Position numbers and translations under genes: made by a program
The notes under the pieces: model-generated
The model's input: the letters and a program-made list of their open reading frames with translations, nothing else
Database searches by the model: none
Told to the model about the DNA's origin: nothing
DNA from: Carcharhinus longimanus
Taxonomy: Eukaryota
NCBI GenBank assembly: GCA_030264375.1
Contig: JASCQW010000162.1
Span: 115,196,357 to 115,260,356, forward strand
DNA: 64,000 nt
Reading direction: 5' to 3'
Shown: piece after piece, positions 36,550 through 50,673 of the stretch
How positions within the stretch are numbered: position 1 is the stretch's first letter
Layout: the number at the start of each line of letters is the position of its first letter

Positions 36550-37120
36550 TCCATAATGCAGCTCATCTCTGTCCCTGCCTCAGCTCATCTGCTAAAATGC
36601 TAATCAATGCCTTTGTTACCGTTTAGACAAACATTTTCGAATGTTCTCCTGGCTGCCTTCCAATCTGTTGTGAACATGAACACTTCCAAAACTATGTTGA
36701 TAATTTTCAGCAAGTCCCATTCACTCCTGTGCTTACTGACCTACATTTGAGCCTCAGTCCAGCGCTGTCTCGATCTTAAAATTCTTTGTTATCAAGCTCG
36801 TCTGTGATTTTGCCCCATCCTATTTCTGTAATCTCAAACTGCCTTCCAGTGTCTCTGCAGTCCTCCAATTCTGGCCTCTCATGATCCCTGATTTTCTTTG
36901 CTGTGTCATTGACAGCTATGCCTTGAACTGCTTGGCCCGATGATCTGGAATTTCCTCAAACTTCATTTCCTTGCCTCTCCATGTTTAAGAATCTTCTTTA
37001 AACCCTACCTCTTTGACAAAGCTTTTCAATACATGGTAATATCTCCATATGTGGCTCGGTGTCTAATATTATTTGATAATTGTGACTGTGAAGCGTCTTG
37101 AACTATTTTACTATATTTCT
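36550..37120 (+). mobile_element. Decayed L2-like LINE 3' end; similar pieces at ~32700-33590, ~53590-54500 (-), ~54780-55075, ~55130-56010
   Basis: ctcagctcatctgct...atgcctttgttacc...ctcctggctgcc...cttgctgacctacatt...cttaaaaccctacctctttgac, which resembles L2-type 3' sequence. Confidence 0.55.
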
Positions 37121-37256
37121 TGTATGACATGATAAGAGCACCATATGTATTCTGTAGATTTTGAAGTCATTGCACTATTTAAATTTGAGCCAACTAGATT
37201 TCTAGATGCAGCCACATTTCCCACTTGGCACGTTCCATATAATCAGAGAAAGTATT

Positions 37257-38506
37257 GGTGCAATTCTCCCATTTTGAGACTTTGTGCAGTGGCAGGCTGT
37301 TCCTGCAACACCTTTCCCATTAGCCAGAATGGTGGGATTGCACACCATTCTCATTAATTATACACAGAAGGAGTCACCTGGTGGACTGTCAGTTGATTCA
37401 TCTGTCCATCAGCAGCTGGCAGGTTTGAAGGTCCTGGCGCCATCTTTAAATACCAGTCCAGCACACACACAAGGTATCACTGTCTTCAGCCCACTTGTCT
37501 TCCCCAGACAGCACAGGGTGTCAGCAACCCCAAGGGAAAAGGCCATCAGCTTCAGGCAGAAGTCTTCTGCTTGAAGAGTTCTTTGATTCAAACCATCCCC
37601 CTCTCCCCTCCCTGAGCCTGTCACCTATGAGGTGCCCATGCCATACTTGGACATCTACCCACTGCACCTGGGGGTCTTCGTGCAACCACTACCTGTAAAT
37701 GATGTTGTATCTGTTTGATCCCTGTGTGAAGTTTTCAGCTTCCCTTCCCTCTGCCTTCCATCATTTATCTTTGTCCACCTCTTTATCCCTCTACTGCCAT
37801 TGTGAGTCATCACCCTCCTTCCACATTGTCCTTCTTGTCTTTATCAGGCCATCCCCTCCCCCACACTCCCAGAAAAACCATCACCTTGCCCTTGACCTCT
37901 GGTTGAACTTAGGTCCTATGTGGCACTGGCTGCATGAGTCTCAGCAGTCCTATGCAGATAAACACTGCTGTGTGGTGTCAAGGGCAAGAGGACCCCTGTC
38001 ATTCCTAATCCCAGGCACAGTACTGATCTAAGTTGGTGACACAGGAGAGTCCTTGGGTTCAGCAGCGTGGTGCTGTCCATGAAGACCAGCTCGACATGGA
38101 GATGGAGGGCAGGAACTGATCTACCCCATCAAGAGTGGTACGCGTAGCAGAGCTTACAGCAGTGTTCAACAACCCAAATATCTTATACCACCAAGTGACT
38201 GTTGGTATTACTTTCCTTCACATGAGCCCTGACGGTGGGCTGATATACTGAAGGCCGCCTTGTTTTAGACTGATAGACTGGTGTAACAAGATTGAAAGAC
38301 ATGATGGGATGCTAGTGGGCAGCTATTTCAGTGAGCATTCCTGAGGTGCAAATGGCTTTCATGCCACTAGCAAGCAGGAAGACAGACCCATTGTTAGCCT
38401 GCTATTGGGAAGATTGCTATATGACTTTATGCTGGCGCGTTTGACTTTTTGACTCCCAGTAGATTCTCTGTTCACACTGCCACAGGCAGGGTGGGAGAAT
38501 TCCACC
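37257..38506. mobile_element. Putative non-autonomous TIR DNA transposon (~1.25 kb)
   Basis: Terminal inverted repeats ggtgcaattctcccat (37257) and gtgggagaattccacc (38491-38506), 14/16 match; more GC-rich interior than flanks. Confidence 0.45.
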
Positions 38507-39832
38507 TTTGTCTAGGTGTGACTTCCAGTTTATATTACTTTCTGCAGTTGCATATTGAGCTTCATTACTGATCAGCCTATAGGTGAATTTGCTATTCAGT
38601 TCTAAATAAGATCTTGCCTGCTTCTTTGGGGTTCAAGCTTGATGTTATCTATAAATTGAACTACTTTGCACTGAGACTGAATTCAGCTCATTGTTGCCAC
38701 ATGCTTGTTCCAGCTTGACAAAGTTATTTTAAAAATGAAGCTGTTTTTTAAAAAAACCTGATTTACATTATTAGTCCATGGCAGGGATAACTCTTAAATT
38801 AATCCATTTCTGTTGCAAAATTGGTGGAAGAACCAGCTGCGCACTCGAGTTCAGACTGACTGCTGTAGAAGTAGATGTCAACATTGAGTTTTGGTTGAAT
38901 CATCTAAACTGAAATTATTTAGGCAACTTGAGTTTCTGATTGAGCAGGATGTTCCGGTTCTATTCAGTGACCTAATCACAATGTTCTAATGACTAGGATA
39001 CTAGAAATGTCTGAATTAAAAGAGTAGCTTAACTTTCACCAATGACTGGGGGAAATCTTCCTTCCATCATGCTTTTGCTCCACCATTTTTCTTGACCTAC
39101 TCTTGTAAAGGGTGCTGGATTGGTGGTTGAGTTGTCTCGCCAAACAATCTGTACCCTTTTCCTCATGCAGTAGGAATTGCTGCTCCCTTTTTAAATTTGG
39201 CATTCTTGCATCTGCGCTGATGTTGCAAAAATAAAAAGCTTCAACAGCATGTCTTTTTTTTCCTTCTGTAATCGTCAGGTCTGTACCACCAAGCAACTGT
39301 TGGTATTACTTTCCTTCACATGAGCCCTGACGATGGGCTGATTTACCAGCAAGGGCAAACTTGACCAGTTTTGTTTTGCCATCTGAAGATCCAAACATTT
39401 GCGACTTTTGAGCAGAGCTGGAATCCTGACTGATTTTCCTATCCATTATCCCACAGATGTTAGGATCAAGTACCGTACTTGACTGTTACATTGCCTATGG
39501 TTGGCACAGACTATAAATTGAAGTAGGGATCTTTATCTTCATGGTGCAGTTCCGTATAATTAATGAACTCCCATTGTGAAGTTTTTGGAGGGAGCAGAGA
39601 AACGAATACTTTTTGAAGTCATTTACCGACCATTTGTGTAGTGAATCCCCATCTTGCCCTTGTTTCACATTTTTGATAAACGTTAGCATTGACAAGAGAA
39701 ACTTTTCATGTGGTGGCATTTAATTTTCCTTTGGACTGGGCCATCATGAATGGGATATGCGATCAATCATCAGAATGATGCTCATGGAAGTACATTCTAT
39801 TTTACTTTGTAGCAAACTACCAGCTCTTAAGT

Positions 39833-40112
39833 TAAAAAGTTTATATATTAGTCACAAGTAGGGTTACATTAACACTGCAGTGAAGTTACTGTGAAAATCC
39901 AAGTCACCACACTCAGGCACCTGTTTGGGTACACTGAGGGAGAGTTTAGCATGGCCAACGCACCTAACCAGCATGTCTTTCCAACTGTGGGAGGAAATCA
40001 GAGCAGCTGGAGGAAACCCATGCAGACACAGGGAGAAAGTGCAAACTCCACACAGACAGTGACCCAACCTGGGTCCCTGGCACTGTAAGGCAGCAGTGCT
40101 AACCACTGTGTC
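39833..40112 (-). mobile_element. V-SINE/HE1-like SINE (tail type A)
   Basis: Reverse complement of the 510-815 family. Confidence 0.8.
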
Positions 40113-41110
40113 ATGTCACCCCTTTGGGATTGGGGCGTTCATCCTTGTTGCAAGCACAAGTGGGATTGACCCTAATAACTGAAGAGATGAATTCTCTTTA
40201 TTGTTTGGAGCAATTATAAAATGTAAGCCCACTTTAACTTTTAAGTTTATTTAATTCCCCACTGGCATGAAAGATCCTCTTGTCAGGACTTGGGTAACAT
40301 GATAATTTGACTATTATCTTTGTGGCAGATCTTGAGGAAATTTTCACCGCCCTCATGCTCAAGTGAGTTATTACCAGAGTCCTCTGCTTTCGCTCACTTC
40401 TGTTTCCAGATGTCTTCACAAACAAAACTTCTGTGCAGAAGAATATATTGAGTACATAAATTGGACTTTAAAAATGCAGTACACTGATTTCTCGTTTTGC
40501 AAGGAGCTTTTATGTTGAGTACTTTAAGCAAAGGGCTTGGGATGACCTGTGCAGTGTGGGTTTCTTGTTTGTCGGCTGGAGCCATTTTCTCATTTTCACA
40601 GTTCAGCTGAAAACAAAGGCCTCCTTATCCTTTCACTGAGCTGTGTTCACAAGCGCTGACATCAGCCTTCCCCCAGCAGGCAAATGTGCTGTGTTAAGAG
40701 TCTGCAGGAGAGTTGGGAAGCTTGACAGAATCCTTTCTCTGGACATTTTATATCGATCAGTTGCTTCGTATCTGTGTCGACAGCAAATGCCACAAGCAAA
40801 AACAGTTGGCATGATGTAGAAAATTAGTTGCCTAGAATTAACCTCAAGTCTTTGACAAATGCCTTTTTTAACATAAAAAGCTTTTGAACTAAATATTGTA
40901 TTATTCTACGGTGAGTAACTTAATTTGCATGTAGTGCAGTCTAAAGGAGATTACGAAAATGTGCAGTGCGCTGATTCCCTGCATTTGCAAGAGGCTTTTA
41001 TGTTGAAATAGCTTCTGCCTGCCCAGCTTTTCATAAGAGAGCTTGCCAAGATTCAGGGGCCCTGGACTTTCTTGTGGGAGGACGTTGGGCTGCCTTCATG
41101 CTTTTTGACA

Positions 41111-41124
41111 ATGATTAAAGTGAG
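41111..41124 (+). CDS. VGLL4: Coding part of an alternative first exon of VGLL4 (MIKVR-), phase 2
   Basis: acaATGATTAAAGTGAG|gttagt splices in frame to exon 3, giving MIKVR-TKPVNG; matches the recalled short human isoform start MIKVRNKTANG. Confidence 0.7.
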
Positions 41125-43274
41125 GTTAGTACCAAACCCTTCCATTCTATTTTGTTTTTAAAACAGATGGTAGTTCCATGTTCAGCTGCAATTAATTTTA
41201 AAGTTTGAGTCAGTGTGTTCTGTAGAGGTAAAATTATTTGTTCAGCAGTGAACATCAATCTCCCTGCTGTACTATTAGCTCACAAGCAGTGGTGATTGGA
41301 GAATATATTGTGCTTGCTCCAGGCTCTAGGACAACAGACTTGAATCAGTGGAATTGGAATCACCAATAAACTCCTTGTACTGAGTGGCAATAATATTGGC
41401 AATCCTCAGTATAAACTTTCTGTATGCTATTCAGCTCTTGTGCCAAGTTGCAAGCTTTGATTATACACACACCAAGTTAAATTCTCCATTCTGCTATATT
41501 TTGAGGATTAAAGAAGAAAGCAGTGCAAGGTCAATCTATTCCTAGCTATTACTATACTAAAGAAATGCAATATTGTAAACATTTTGTTCATTTTAGGCAA
41601 TCAGAAAAATATACATAAAACCATGAAGATGAAGATTTAGATTTAAAGGTTTAACTGCTAATTGATAAATTAGCATGTTAAGCTCCAAGTGCAGAAATTG
41701 TTGATAAACCACCTTTTACTGTGTAAGAGTGCAGAATGCGAACCCTGACTGGGCCCCCTTTAGAATTCGGAGGTCTCGTGTGCAAGGAAGAATACTGTAC
41801 AATGCAAAACTAGCAGATGCAGCCCTGCTCGTGTTTTACCACTTTTTTTAAAAAAAAGAGCAGCAGCACAGTAAATTAGCACAATTCCTGGTCTGTAAAG
41901 TGTTTTAAAACACTTTTTTGTTGTTGTCCCTCCACAGTTGCATTCTGTTTTATTAGTACAATCATGATTACCGTATGGTGTTAGACTGGGCACAAGTGTG
42001 AAGAACATCCTAATCTGTGAGTGAAGTAATGGGTGAATAATAAAATGTGTGTGTGAAGTGTTTTCCATATTAAATGCTGAAGCTTTACTCCATGTTCAGT
42101 CAGTGCCTGTGTCTCTGACAGACTGGTGTGATGTGTTTGAAGAGACCATATTGATGAGTGTGATGCTGGCATTCATAAAGTGAGGATCTTGTTTTACAGT
42201 AGCTTCTGTCATAAGGTGGGCCTGTTCGCCTCAGAGTAACTGAGATGCAGATGGCAGTTGCAAATAGGTTGGATATTTCTTTGGATTGAATTATTTTGTT
42301 CTCTTATTTTGCATGTGTTTTGTTTAAAGAGTTGAAGTATAACCTCGTGTTTATGGTGCTTGGTAATTTTCCTGTTTAATTAATTGTGAAGCATTTTGAG
42401 GATATGATCAATAATGCATGTTTTTTGTATTGTTGGGTGATGTGTGCTGTGGATCTGAAGTAGGATGGGTGGAATCAAGGTCTAGGGAACAAGAAGAGGG
42501 TTAACAATCAACATTGGGTGGCTCATTTGTAGTAGGTCTCAGGGAGTCATTGCATCACGTGATATGTAACCATAATGATCCTTAATGGATTGTAAGAACA
42601 AAGAAAAGTACAGCACAGGAACATGCCCTTCAGCCCTCCAAGCCTGTGCTGATTGTGATGCCTGCCTAAACTAGAACCGTATACACAAAGCTAGCCTTTG
42701 ACTCAAGCCAACATGTGAATGGGTGACTCTATCTTGAATGTCTAAATCAGTGAGTGATTTGATTTATTATTGTCACGTTTATTGGGATTCAGTGAAAAGT
42801 ATTGTTTTTTTTGTGCGCTATACAGCCAAGAATATACTGTTCATAGAGTGCATAGGGGAGAAGGAAAGAGAGGGTGCAGAAGATAGTGTTGATGTCATGG
42901 CTAGGGTGTAGAGAAAGATCAGTTTAATATATGGTGGGTCCATTCAGAAGTCTGGCAGCAGGGAAGAAGCTGTTCTTGAGTTGGTTGGTACATGATCTCA
43001 GACTTTTGGAGGATCCTTCCCCCATATGTACGTTCATAATTCCCTGGACATCATAATGCAAAACATCTGAACTGGAATATTAAAGAGGATATCCTTCGGG
43101 AAGCAGAAAGAAATGCAGGATGTAATTTTCAGGAAATGCAGAATGATGAATATATGTATCTATATTTTTACATGGAATATAAATTATGACTATTACAAAG
43201 TTTTAATACTCAGAAGGGAAGGTTGAATTACATCATAAACTGCAAATGCAAAACTTCAACATATTATTCTGAAC

Positions 43275-44890
43275 ATGTAAGAACATAAAGGGGAGCAAGA
43301 GAAGACCACGTGATGTCTTGAGCTTGCACTGTTACTTAGTAAGATCACGCTGATCTGATCTTGACCTCAATTCCACTTTCCTGCCTGTCCCCCATAACCA
43401 TTGATGCCTCTATATTTCAAAAACCTGTCTAATTCAATCTTGAATATATTTCATGATCCAGCCTCCACTGCTTTGGGGGAGAGAATTCCAAAGATTCACA
43501 ACCTTCGAAGAAGAAATTCTTCCTCATCTATCTTATATAGGAGTCACCTTATTCTGAAACTCTATTCCCTAGTTCTAAGTTTCATGAAGGGAAACATTCT
43601 CTGAACATCTACACCATCAAGCCCCATTGGGATCTTGTATGTTTCAACAAGAGCATCTCAGTTCTCAAACTCCATGAGTATAGGTCCAACTTGCTCAACC
43701 ATGCCTCGTAAGGCAACCTTTTCACTTGAGCAATCAACCTAACGAATCTGTCTGTACTGCATCCAATGGAAATATACCCCTCCTTAAAAAAGACCAGAAC
43801 TCTGCACAGTAATCCAAGGGTGGTCTCACTTGTGCTTATAGCAAGACTTTGCGAGTTTAATGCAAGAGAAATGGAGTACAAAGGCCAACATTAAATTTGT
43901 TGCCCCTGCATGTGAAGTTTTCATATTATAGATCCCTTTGTACCTCAGCATTTTGTAGTCTCTTTCCGTTTAAATCATCTTTCATTTCTGTGTATCTGCC
44001 AAGTGGACAACCTCACATTTTCCCACATTATACTCCATTGGCCAAATATTTGCNNNNNNNNNNNNNNNNNNNNNNNNNNNNNNNNNNNNNNNNNNNNNNN
44101 NNNNNNNNNNNNNNNNNNNNNNNNNNNNNNNNNNNNNNNNNNNNNNNNNNNNNTGGACAACCTCACATTTTCCCACATTATACTCCATTGGCCAAATATT
44201 TGCCCACTCACTTAACCTGTCTACTTCTCCTTGCAGATTCTTTGTATCCTAGCTTTTCCATCTAGCTTTGAATCGTCAGCAAATTTGGCTGCAATACACA
44301 CAATCCCTTCATCCAAGTCATTAATACAGATTGTAAATATTTGAGGCCCCAACACTTGATCCCCTGTGGCACCCCACTAGTCTCAGTTTGCCAACCTGAA
44401 ATTGACCCATTAATCCTGCCTCTCTCTCTCTATACTGTTAGTTAGCCAATCGTCTTTCTATGTTGGTATATTACTCTTAACACTGAGCTTTTATTCTGGG
44501 CAGTAACCTTTTATGTGGCAACTTTTATCGAATGCCTTTTGGAAATTCAAATAATTTCATCTGCTAGTTCCCCTTTGTTCATCCTACTTTTACATCCCCC
44601 AAGAACTCTCATAAATCTGTGAAACACGATTTCCCTTTCTCTGTCTGATTGTATTATGATTTTCTAAATGTCTTGTTCCTAGTTACAGAATAATGGATTC
44701 CAGCATTTTGCAATAACGGATGTTAGCCTAACTGGCCTATATTTTCCTGCTTTTTGTCCCCTTCTTGGAATAGCAGCAATATATTAGTGGTTTTCAAATT
44801 TGCTGGGACCTTTCCAGAATCTAGGGAATTTTGCAAGATAATAATTTGTGCATTTTCTCAACAAATACTTATTTCAAGACTCTAAGACAC
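43275..44890 (-). mobile_element. CR1-clade LINE fragment, decayed
   Basis: WPMEYNVGKCEVVH, RLPYEAWLSKLDLYS; tail at the left end (aagaacataaagggagcaagag...). Confidence 0.8.
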
Positions 44891-46966
44891 AGGTGGGAGT
44901 GGTCCTGTGGCACGGTGATAAATCTCCAGGTTCATGTCCTATTCGCCATGTAAGGTACATTCATAACTTGATTGATTATCAACCAGCAAAACTTTCTGAT
45001 ATGTCTATTTGCAGGTACTAAGTGTGGGTGAATCTCCTGATCAGCTAGAACCTGAAGAAGACGATGGCAAACTACTGTAGTATTTTGCCAAGCATAGCTA
45101 AGGGCCAATATGTGGAAGCCTTTTGTTGTCAATGCCCTCTTAGGGCATGGTAACCGAAGAGAGGATACAAGGGACTTGTTAGCCTTTGTTTTAGTTTGCC
45201 TAGTACTTTTTATCCAGTAAAGTTTCTCCCTCCCATTCGTATGCTCAGTTTCTGCTATTATTAAGAGTCTATAGATATTGTACATTTATCTTCAAAGTTG
45301 CTGCAATTTTAGCTTGATCATGGTTTTTCTGGCTCTTCCTTATGTGAAGAGAAAACCATTTTAATGAACCCAGTGTTACGTTACGGACTGTTGAGGGCAG
45401 CTGATGGAAATGTTTGATTTTACTGAGAAAACATAAGGTTTAATCTCCGTGTTTATTCTGCACAGCAATAAAAATCCGTCATTCCAATTCCTATGCTAGT
45501 TCATTAAATATTGCTCTTCAAAAGAAAATAATCTTATTTTCTGGAGGGAAAAAAATACTTGAACAATTTATCAGTATCTAGCAAGTAGTTGTTAAGTAGA
45601 AGGTTGTGTAAATTTAATTTGTTTTTCTAGTTTAAATACATTTTGTGTAATTCAACAAAGCAAGTACTGTCTCTAAGTTAGGGGATTCTATGTCAAACTT
45701 AATTGAGATGTTAAGATGTAATGCATGTTTGCCTGAGTAGTTGATTACAAACCACACATCCTGTGTTCCCCTATATGACACATTACTGAATATACTATAA
45801 TTTAAAACAAAAACAGTCACAAAACATTGAGCAACAGAAAATGGGAAGACGGATTTGTGTACAGAAAAAACTTACTTGTGGAAACAACACCATTCAGTTG
45901 AGCATTAATGTATTCAATTGTACAAGTGTTTTAATAATCAGAAACTATTTCAGAAAAGCAGAGCAATCGATGTTATTTGTGAGGGGTAACAGCCCTCAAT
46001 GTTTGAAACTATGGATACCTGGCTTAGTTAACAAGTTTTGTACAATCTCCTGTACCCACCTTAAATGGCATCAAGATGGACCTAGTTTTTCACGCTCAAA
46101 CTGATTATAGTAATCAATAAGTGTTCGTAATCCCCTTTTTCATATATACCCCTGATGTGGGTGATGCTGGCAAGACATTTATTGTCCATCACTAGTTACC
46201 ATCAAACATTGCTTTTTTTCAATTCTGTTACTGTTCCACCTGTGAAGAACTGTATAAATTAAAAACAGAAGATGCTGGATAAACTCAACAGGTCTGGCAG
46301 CATCTGTGGAGAGAGAAGCAGAGTTGATGTTCCAAATCCATATGACCTTTCTACAGATTCAGTTCTGTGTCAAATTAAGATGATTATCACAAGTATATTT
46401 CTGGATGCAAAACAATAACACAGAGGCTTACTCTGTATAGATTATTTGTAAAAAAAATTTGAAAATAATTACATTTCTGGATGGACATATTGGAATATGA
46501 TGACTTCATTTAAATAAAATTTAAGCCTGTAAGTGGAAAGTTGCAGATCTTGATAACTAGTATCTCGTGGCTTATATATTTCCAGAATTCTTACTATTAT
46601 TTCACAGTCAAAAGCTGGGAAACCGCAACTGTATCTGGTTGTAAGCTGTTTATGGGGAGCTAGGCTGCTAGGTTATTTATACCTCTGAATGTGGACTGCT
46701 AGTTCATTTCAGTTCATTGACTTACATTAGCCTGTTGCTGACTTTGTACAACTTTAGCTTTTAGTAAATTTCTTTTCCCCCGTTCTTCCTGCTGTCCCAT
46801 CATGAGTAACTTCTTTGAATGGAATGGTTAATTTCTATCATGCAAAGCTCTACATATCTGGTTCTGTTTCAAAGATGCAGTTGTATTGCACATTCACAAG
46901 GTTGTAGTAATTGTTTTCGAAAAATGTTATGTGACTAATGAATACTAACCAAATCCATTTATGCAG

Positions 46967-47183
46967 GACCAAACCAGTCAATGGGGATTTTCGAAAAGAT
47001 CAACATAGGGAGCGAAGTCGTAGTCCAATAGAACGTGCTGCAGTGTCAACCATGAGCCATCTCAGCAATCATGCCTATGCTGGCATAGGACTACCAAGTA
47101 TGCCAATGGAACAGCCTCTAGCACTGACCAAAAATAGCTTGGATGCAACTAGGACAGTCAGCATTGGTGTGGAACGACAGCAG
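46967..47183 (+). CDS. VGLL4: VGLL4 coding exon 3 (TKPVNGDFRKDQHRERSRSPIER...MEQPLALTKNSLD...ERQQ), phase 2/0
   Basis: cag|G acceptor with TACTAAC at 46943-46949; donor CAG|gtataa; 217 nt. Confidence 0.93.
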
Positions 47184-47624
47184 GTATAAATGCTGAACTT
47201 CTGGTTGGTTTTACAAATATATATTATACAATTTTCCTTTTCTACTTTTTTGCAACTCTTGAGTTAGAGGTCAGTTATGCTTTTGCTCCGACAGATTGGT
47301 GATGTGTTGTTGGACCTCTAGAATTAACTTATCTTTACACCCTGCAAATGTACCCCAGGTTGGTTGGGGAAGGAGGGCAACATCCCTTTTGGGAGAATTA
47401 GAAAAATGAACTGGTGTGCTTCATTAGTAATCTATCTATTTGTTGCATCAAGAGTAATTAACTTGTCTTTAACTATTTGTCCAGTCAAGCTTTTTTTTTA
47501 GTTCACAAAAATATAATTTGGCATTGTGTTCCAGTACTGGCATAAAAGTAAAGCAGCAGAAACTCTACCTATATATTTCCTAGATACTTTCCCAGGTATC
47601 TTCTGGAGACCAAAGCTGCACCTT

Positions 47625-47865
47625 GCTGTTTACTTGGAAGGTTCGTAGTGCATTCACCTCTCAATCAGAAAGTCCCATGCCAGGACATAATCTAAGCTGG
47701 TGAATCGTTACCATTAAGGGAATGCTGCATTGTCAGATGAAACTGAGGTGCACGGTCTACCTGTACAGATAGGACTGCACTTCAGAAGTGACTCATTGAG
47801 TGTAAAGTGCTTTAGGACATTCTGAGATTGAGAATATTACTATAGAAGTACAAATTCATTCTTTT
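47625..47865 (+). repeat. Ancient Deu-SINE (SacSINE/AmnSINE)-like fragment; another possible on - at ~50090-50420
   Basis: acctctcaatcagaa...ataatctaagctg...gaatgctgcattgtcaga; tail aagtgctttaggacattctgag. Confidence 0.4.
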
Positions 47866-50673
47866 CATAGCTGCTTGTAATTCACTCGCATAATCCCAAC
47901 AATGCAGCCTGCTTGTACGAACCTTTTCTCGCTATTGGGCTAGTTGCTGTGTTAGAAATAAATGGTGTTTTGTGACTTTCAAACACTTTGAGTTGTTTGT
48001 GCATTGTTGGTTTATTGGTTAATCTTGACAACAGTTGTAACAAAGCTCGCTATTTTGCATCAGATAGACCACTGAATGCAGGGCACAGTTCAGTTTTGTA
48101 ATTCTCCCAGAAGTGATGTTGCCCTCATTTCCCCCCTCAATCTGGGTGAGGGATGCATTTGCAGAGTGTAAAGATGTATTCAAATGGCCTGAGTGCACAC
48201 CACTGATCTACCTTAGAGCAAGCATAACTTGTCTCATGGCTGAGATAAACAGATTTTTAATTAGTAAGGGAATCGAGGATTATGGGAGTAAGGCAGGAAA
48301 GTGGAGTTGATTAAATGGATTGGTCATGGGGATTGAACGGTGGAGCAGACTCGCTGGGCTGAATAGTCTACTTCTACTCCTATGTCTATGGTTTGTGTTA
48401 TCTGCCATGTTATGTAAATGGGACAGATTTTGCTGCTGTTTCAATATGTTGGGAGGGACAATTATTTCTACTAGAATTTGTTCAAATAAGGGGAGGGCAA
48501 TCAAAGCCATTTTGTTTTAAGCTTGAGAATTTGCTATTTTTAAATCAAAAATCCTCACTGTAAGATTGCAATACTTTGCCAACATGGTCACCTCACCGAA
48601 AGTGTGTGGTACTTGAAGTGATGTCATTATGGCGCATCATGATGAGCGCATTCAGACCCAGTGTAAGAAAGTACTGAGTGATTTTTAAACTGATTACTAT
48701 ATTTCCCCTATCTCCAAATTGATTTCATGAACACTGCTTAATTCAAATGTACAAAGTGATACATTTTCTGAAGCAAATTAAAAAGAAATGCTGCACTCTT
48801 AGAGGTGTGGTTAAACATCTACAGTCTCCAGTGGACATAAACTCGCACTACTGCTCTTCTTGGAATCATAGGGGAGTTCTCTTGAGTCCTGGCCAACACT
48901 TATTTCTAAACCAAAGTAATTAAATCACCAGTTCACCTTTATTGGTGTTTAGGCACATTGGGATAAATTTTGTTTTGGGGTGTTCTTGTGCCCAAAATGC
49001 GTGACCCAACTAGTGGGCACCTGAACCAAGAGGATAAATGAAAATCGCTTCTTGGACATTATTAGCATATGAGTTGCCATTATTGATCATGCCAAGTAGT
49101 GGACCTCTGATAATTCCCAGGGAAGTGGTGAGAGGTTGTGCATAAGTGGGAACCACAAAATCCTGCAGAATCAGGAAAGTATCCCTTGCTGTGCCAAATT
49201 CACGCACGTTACTTTAAAATTAAAACAATGTTACTGTCTACCTATTTGAGTGATGGTCAGTGGAGCAGCTGAAAACTCCCGAGTGGGCAGACTCATTGCT
49301 GATTAATTTCTGGACAGGTTCCTCCTATGTCATTAACCTCTTACGGAGTCCAAAACTTGTCCCAGTTGTTTGTCTAGGCTGCCTTTTAAAAAAAATCCTC
49401 AGAGGTTTAGTAGTGGGATTAATGCCTGTGCAGTGCTACTAATAAATCAGCGTGTGCACAAAAAATAGTGTAAATTATATTCTACCCACTTGTGTGCAGA
49501 TTGCCTAATGTGCAGCACTAACTGAACTTCATTGGTTCTGAAGTGCTTTGGGAGATACTGAGGTTGTGAAAGATGCTACGGAAGTTTGTTCTTTAACACT
49601 TAATTTTACTAATGCTAATTTATTCAATCCATATTGGTTTCCAACTATAAATGTAGCATATCAGTAGGCTCCAGCTGGTAATTTTGGGAACTGAAAAAAA
49701 ATCTAGTAATTGTTCTTGATGCCACTGAGGTTCCTTTTGTGGTCTTGAATTTAACCTGTAAGCATTTGTGAGAGAGAGAGAGACCAGAGGAAAATAAAAT
49801 AGTCTGTGACCTGTTCAGGCAAATAATGCTACACTCAGTAAAACCATTTCTGCTGTGAATAGCACACGGATGAGGTGCTTGCGCTTTATCTGTGCGGAAT
49901 CGATATCAAGAGATCTCAGTGAAACCATAGTTTTTGTACTTTTTGTCTGGGAGTGTCTCTTTTGAAATAAAATCTTGTCTAATAAAGGACACATAATTGC
50001 ACAATGTTTCTTGATGTATAACAACAAACAATTTTCTGCAGAGAAAGATCTTAACACTTCTTCACACTCTTAGTTCAGCCCAGATTACTTTGCTTTGTTA
50101 GATTTATTTTAAAGTGCTGTCACTTAAGGAGGGAAATGCGCACAGTCTTTTGCACCTAAAGATCCTGCAAGCAGCAATGAATGAATAGTCTATAATCTGT
50201 GATATTGGATCAGAGAAAGACCTTGGTCAACACACTAAGGAACTTTGCCTATTACATTTTTGAATCTTGCTGTGTGATCTTTTAACATTCACCTGAGCTG
50301 GTAGACGTAGAAGTTTTGGTTCAGTGTCATCTGATGTCACCTCCAAGCGCAGTACACCATGTCATCCCAGCTAATGCACCCAACTCCCTAATGGGACCTA
50401 AAGTCAAATCTTTTGACTCTCAATTTACACTTGTCCAAAAAAAATGCAGAAGTATTTCTTCGAGTCCTGCTAATGTTTCTTTAGAAAAATACAATTAATG
50501 GAGAAGTTGGTTTTTACATTGGCACTGAAAATGCCATTTTATAATTTTGAACTACAATGCATTACATTCAGGATTTTGAATTTTCCTGTAACTAAATATT
50601 AGCTACTATTTATAAGCATTAGGTCTTTGACAGATCATTGGAAGTGTGCTAACGCGTTGTTTTGTCCATCCAG

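Noticed and set aside
39325-39345. CTGACGA within a small hairpin as another hammerhead
   Set aside because: No downstream GAAA or stem arrangement
44004-44203. 50-bp direct repeat flanking a 100-N gap
   Set aside because: Unmerged contig overlap within a CR1 fragment
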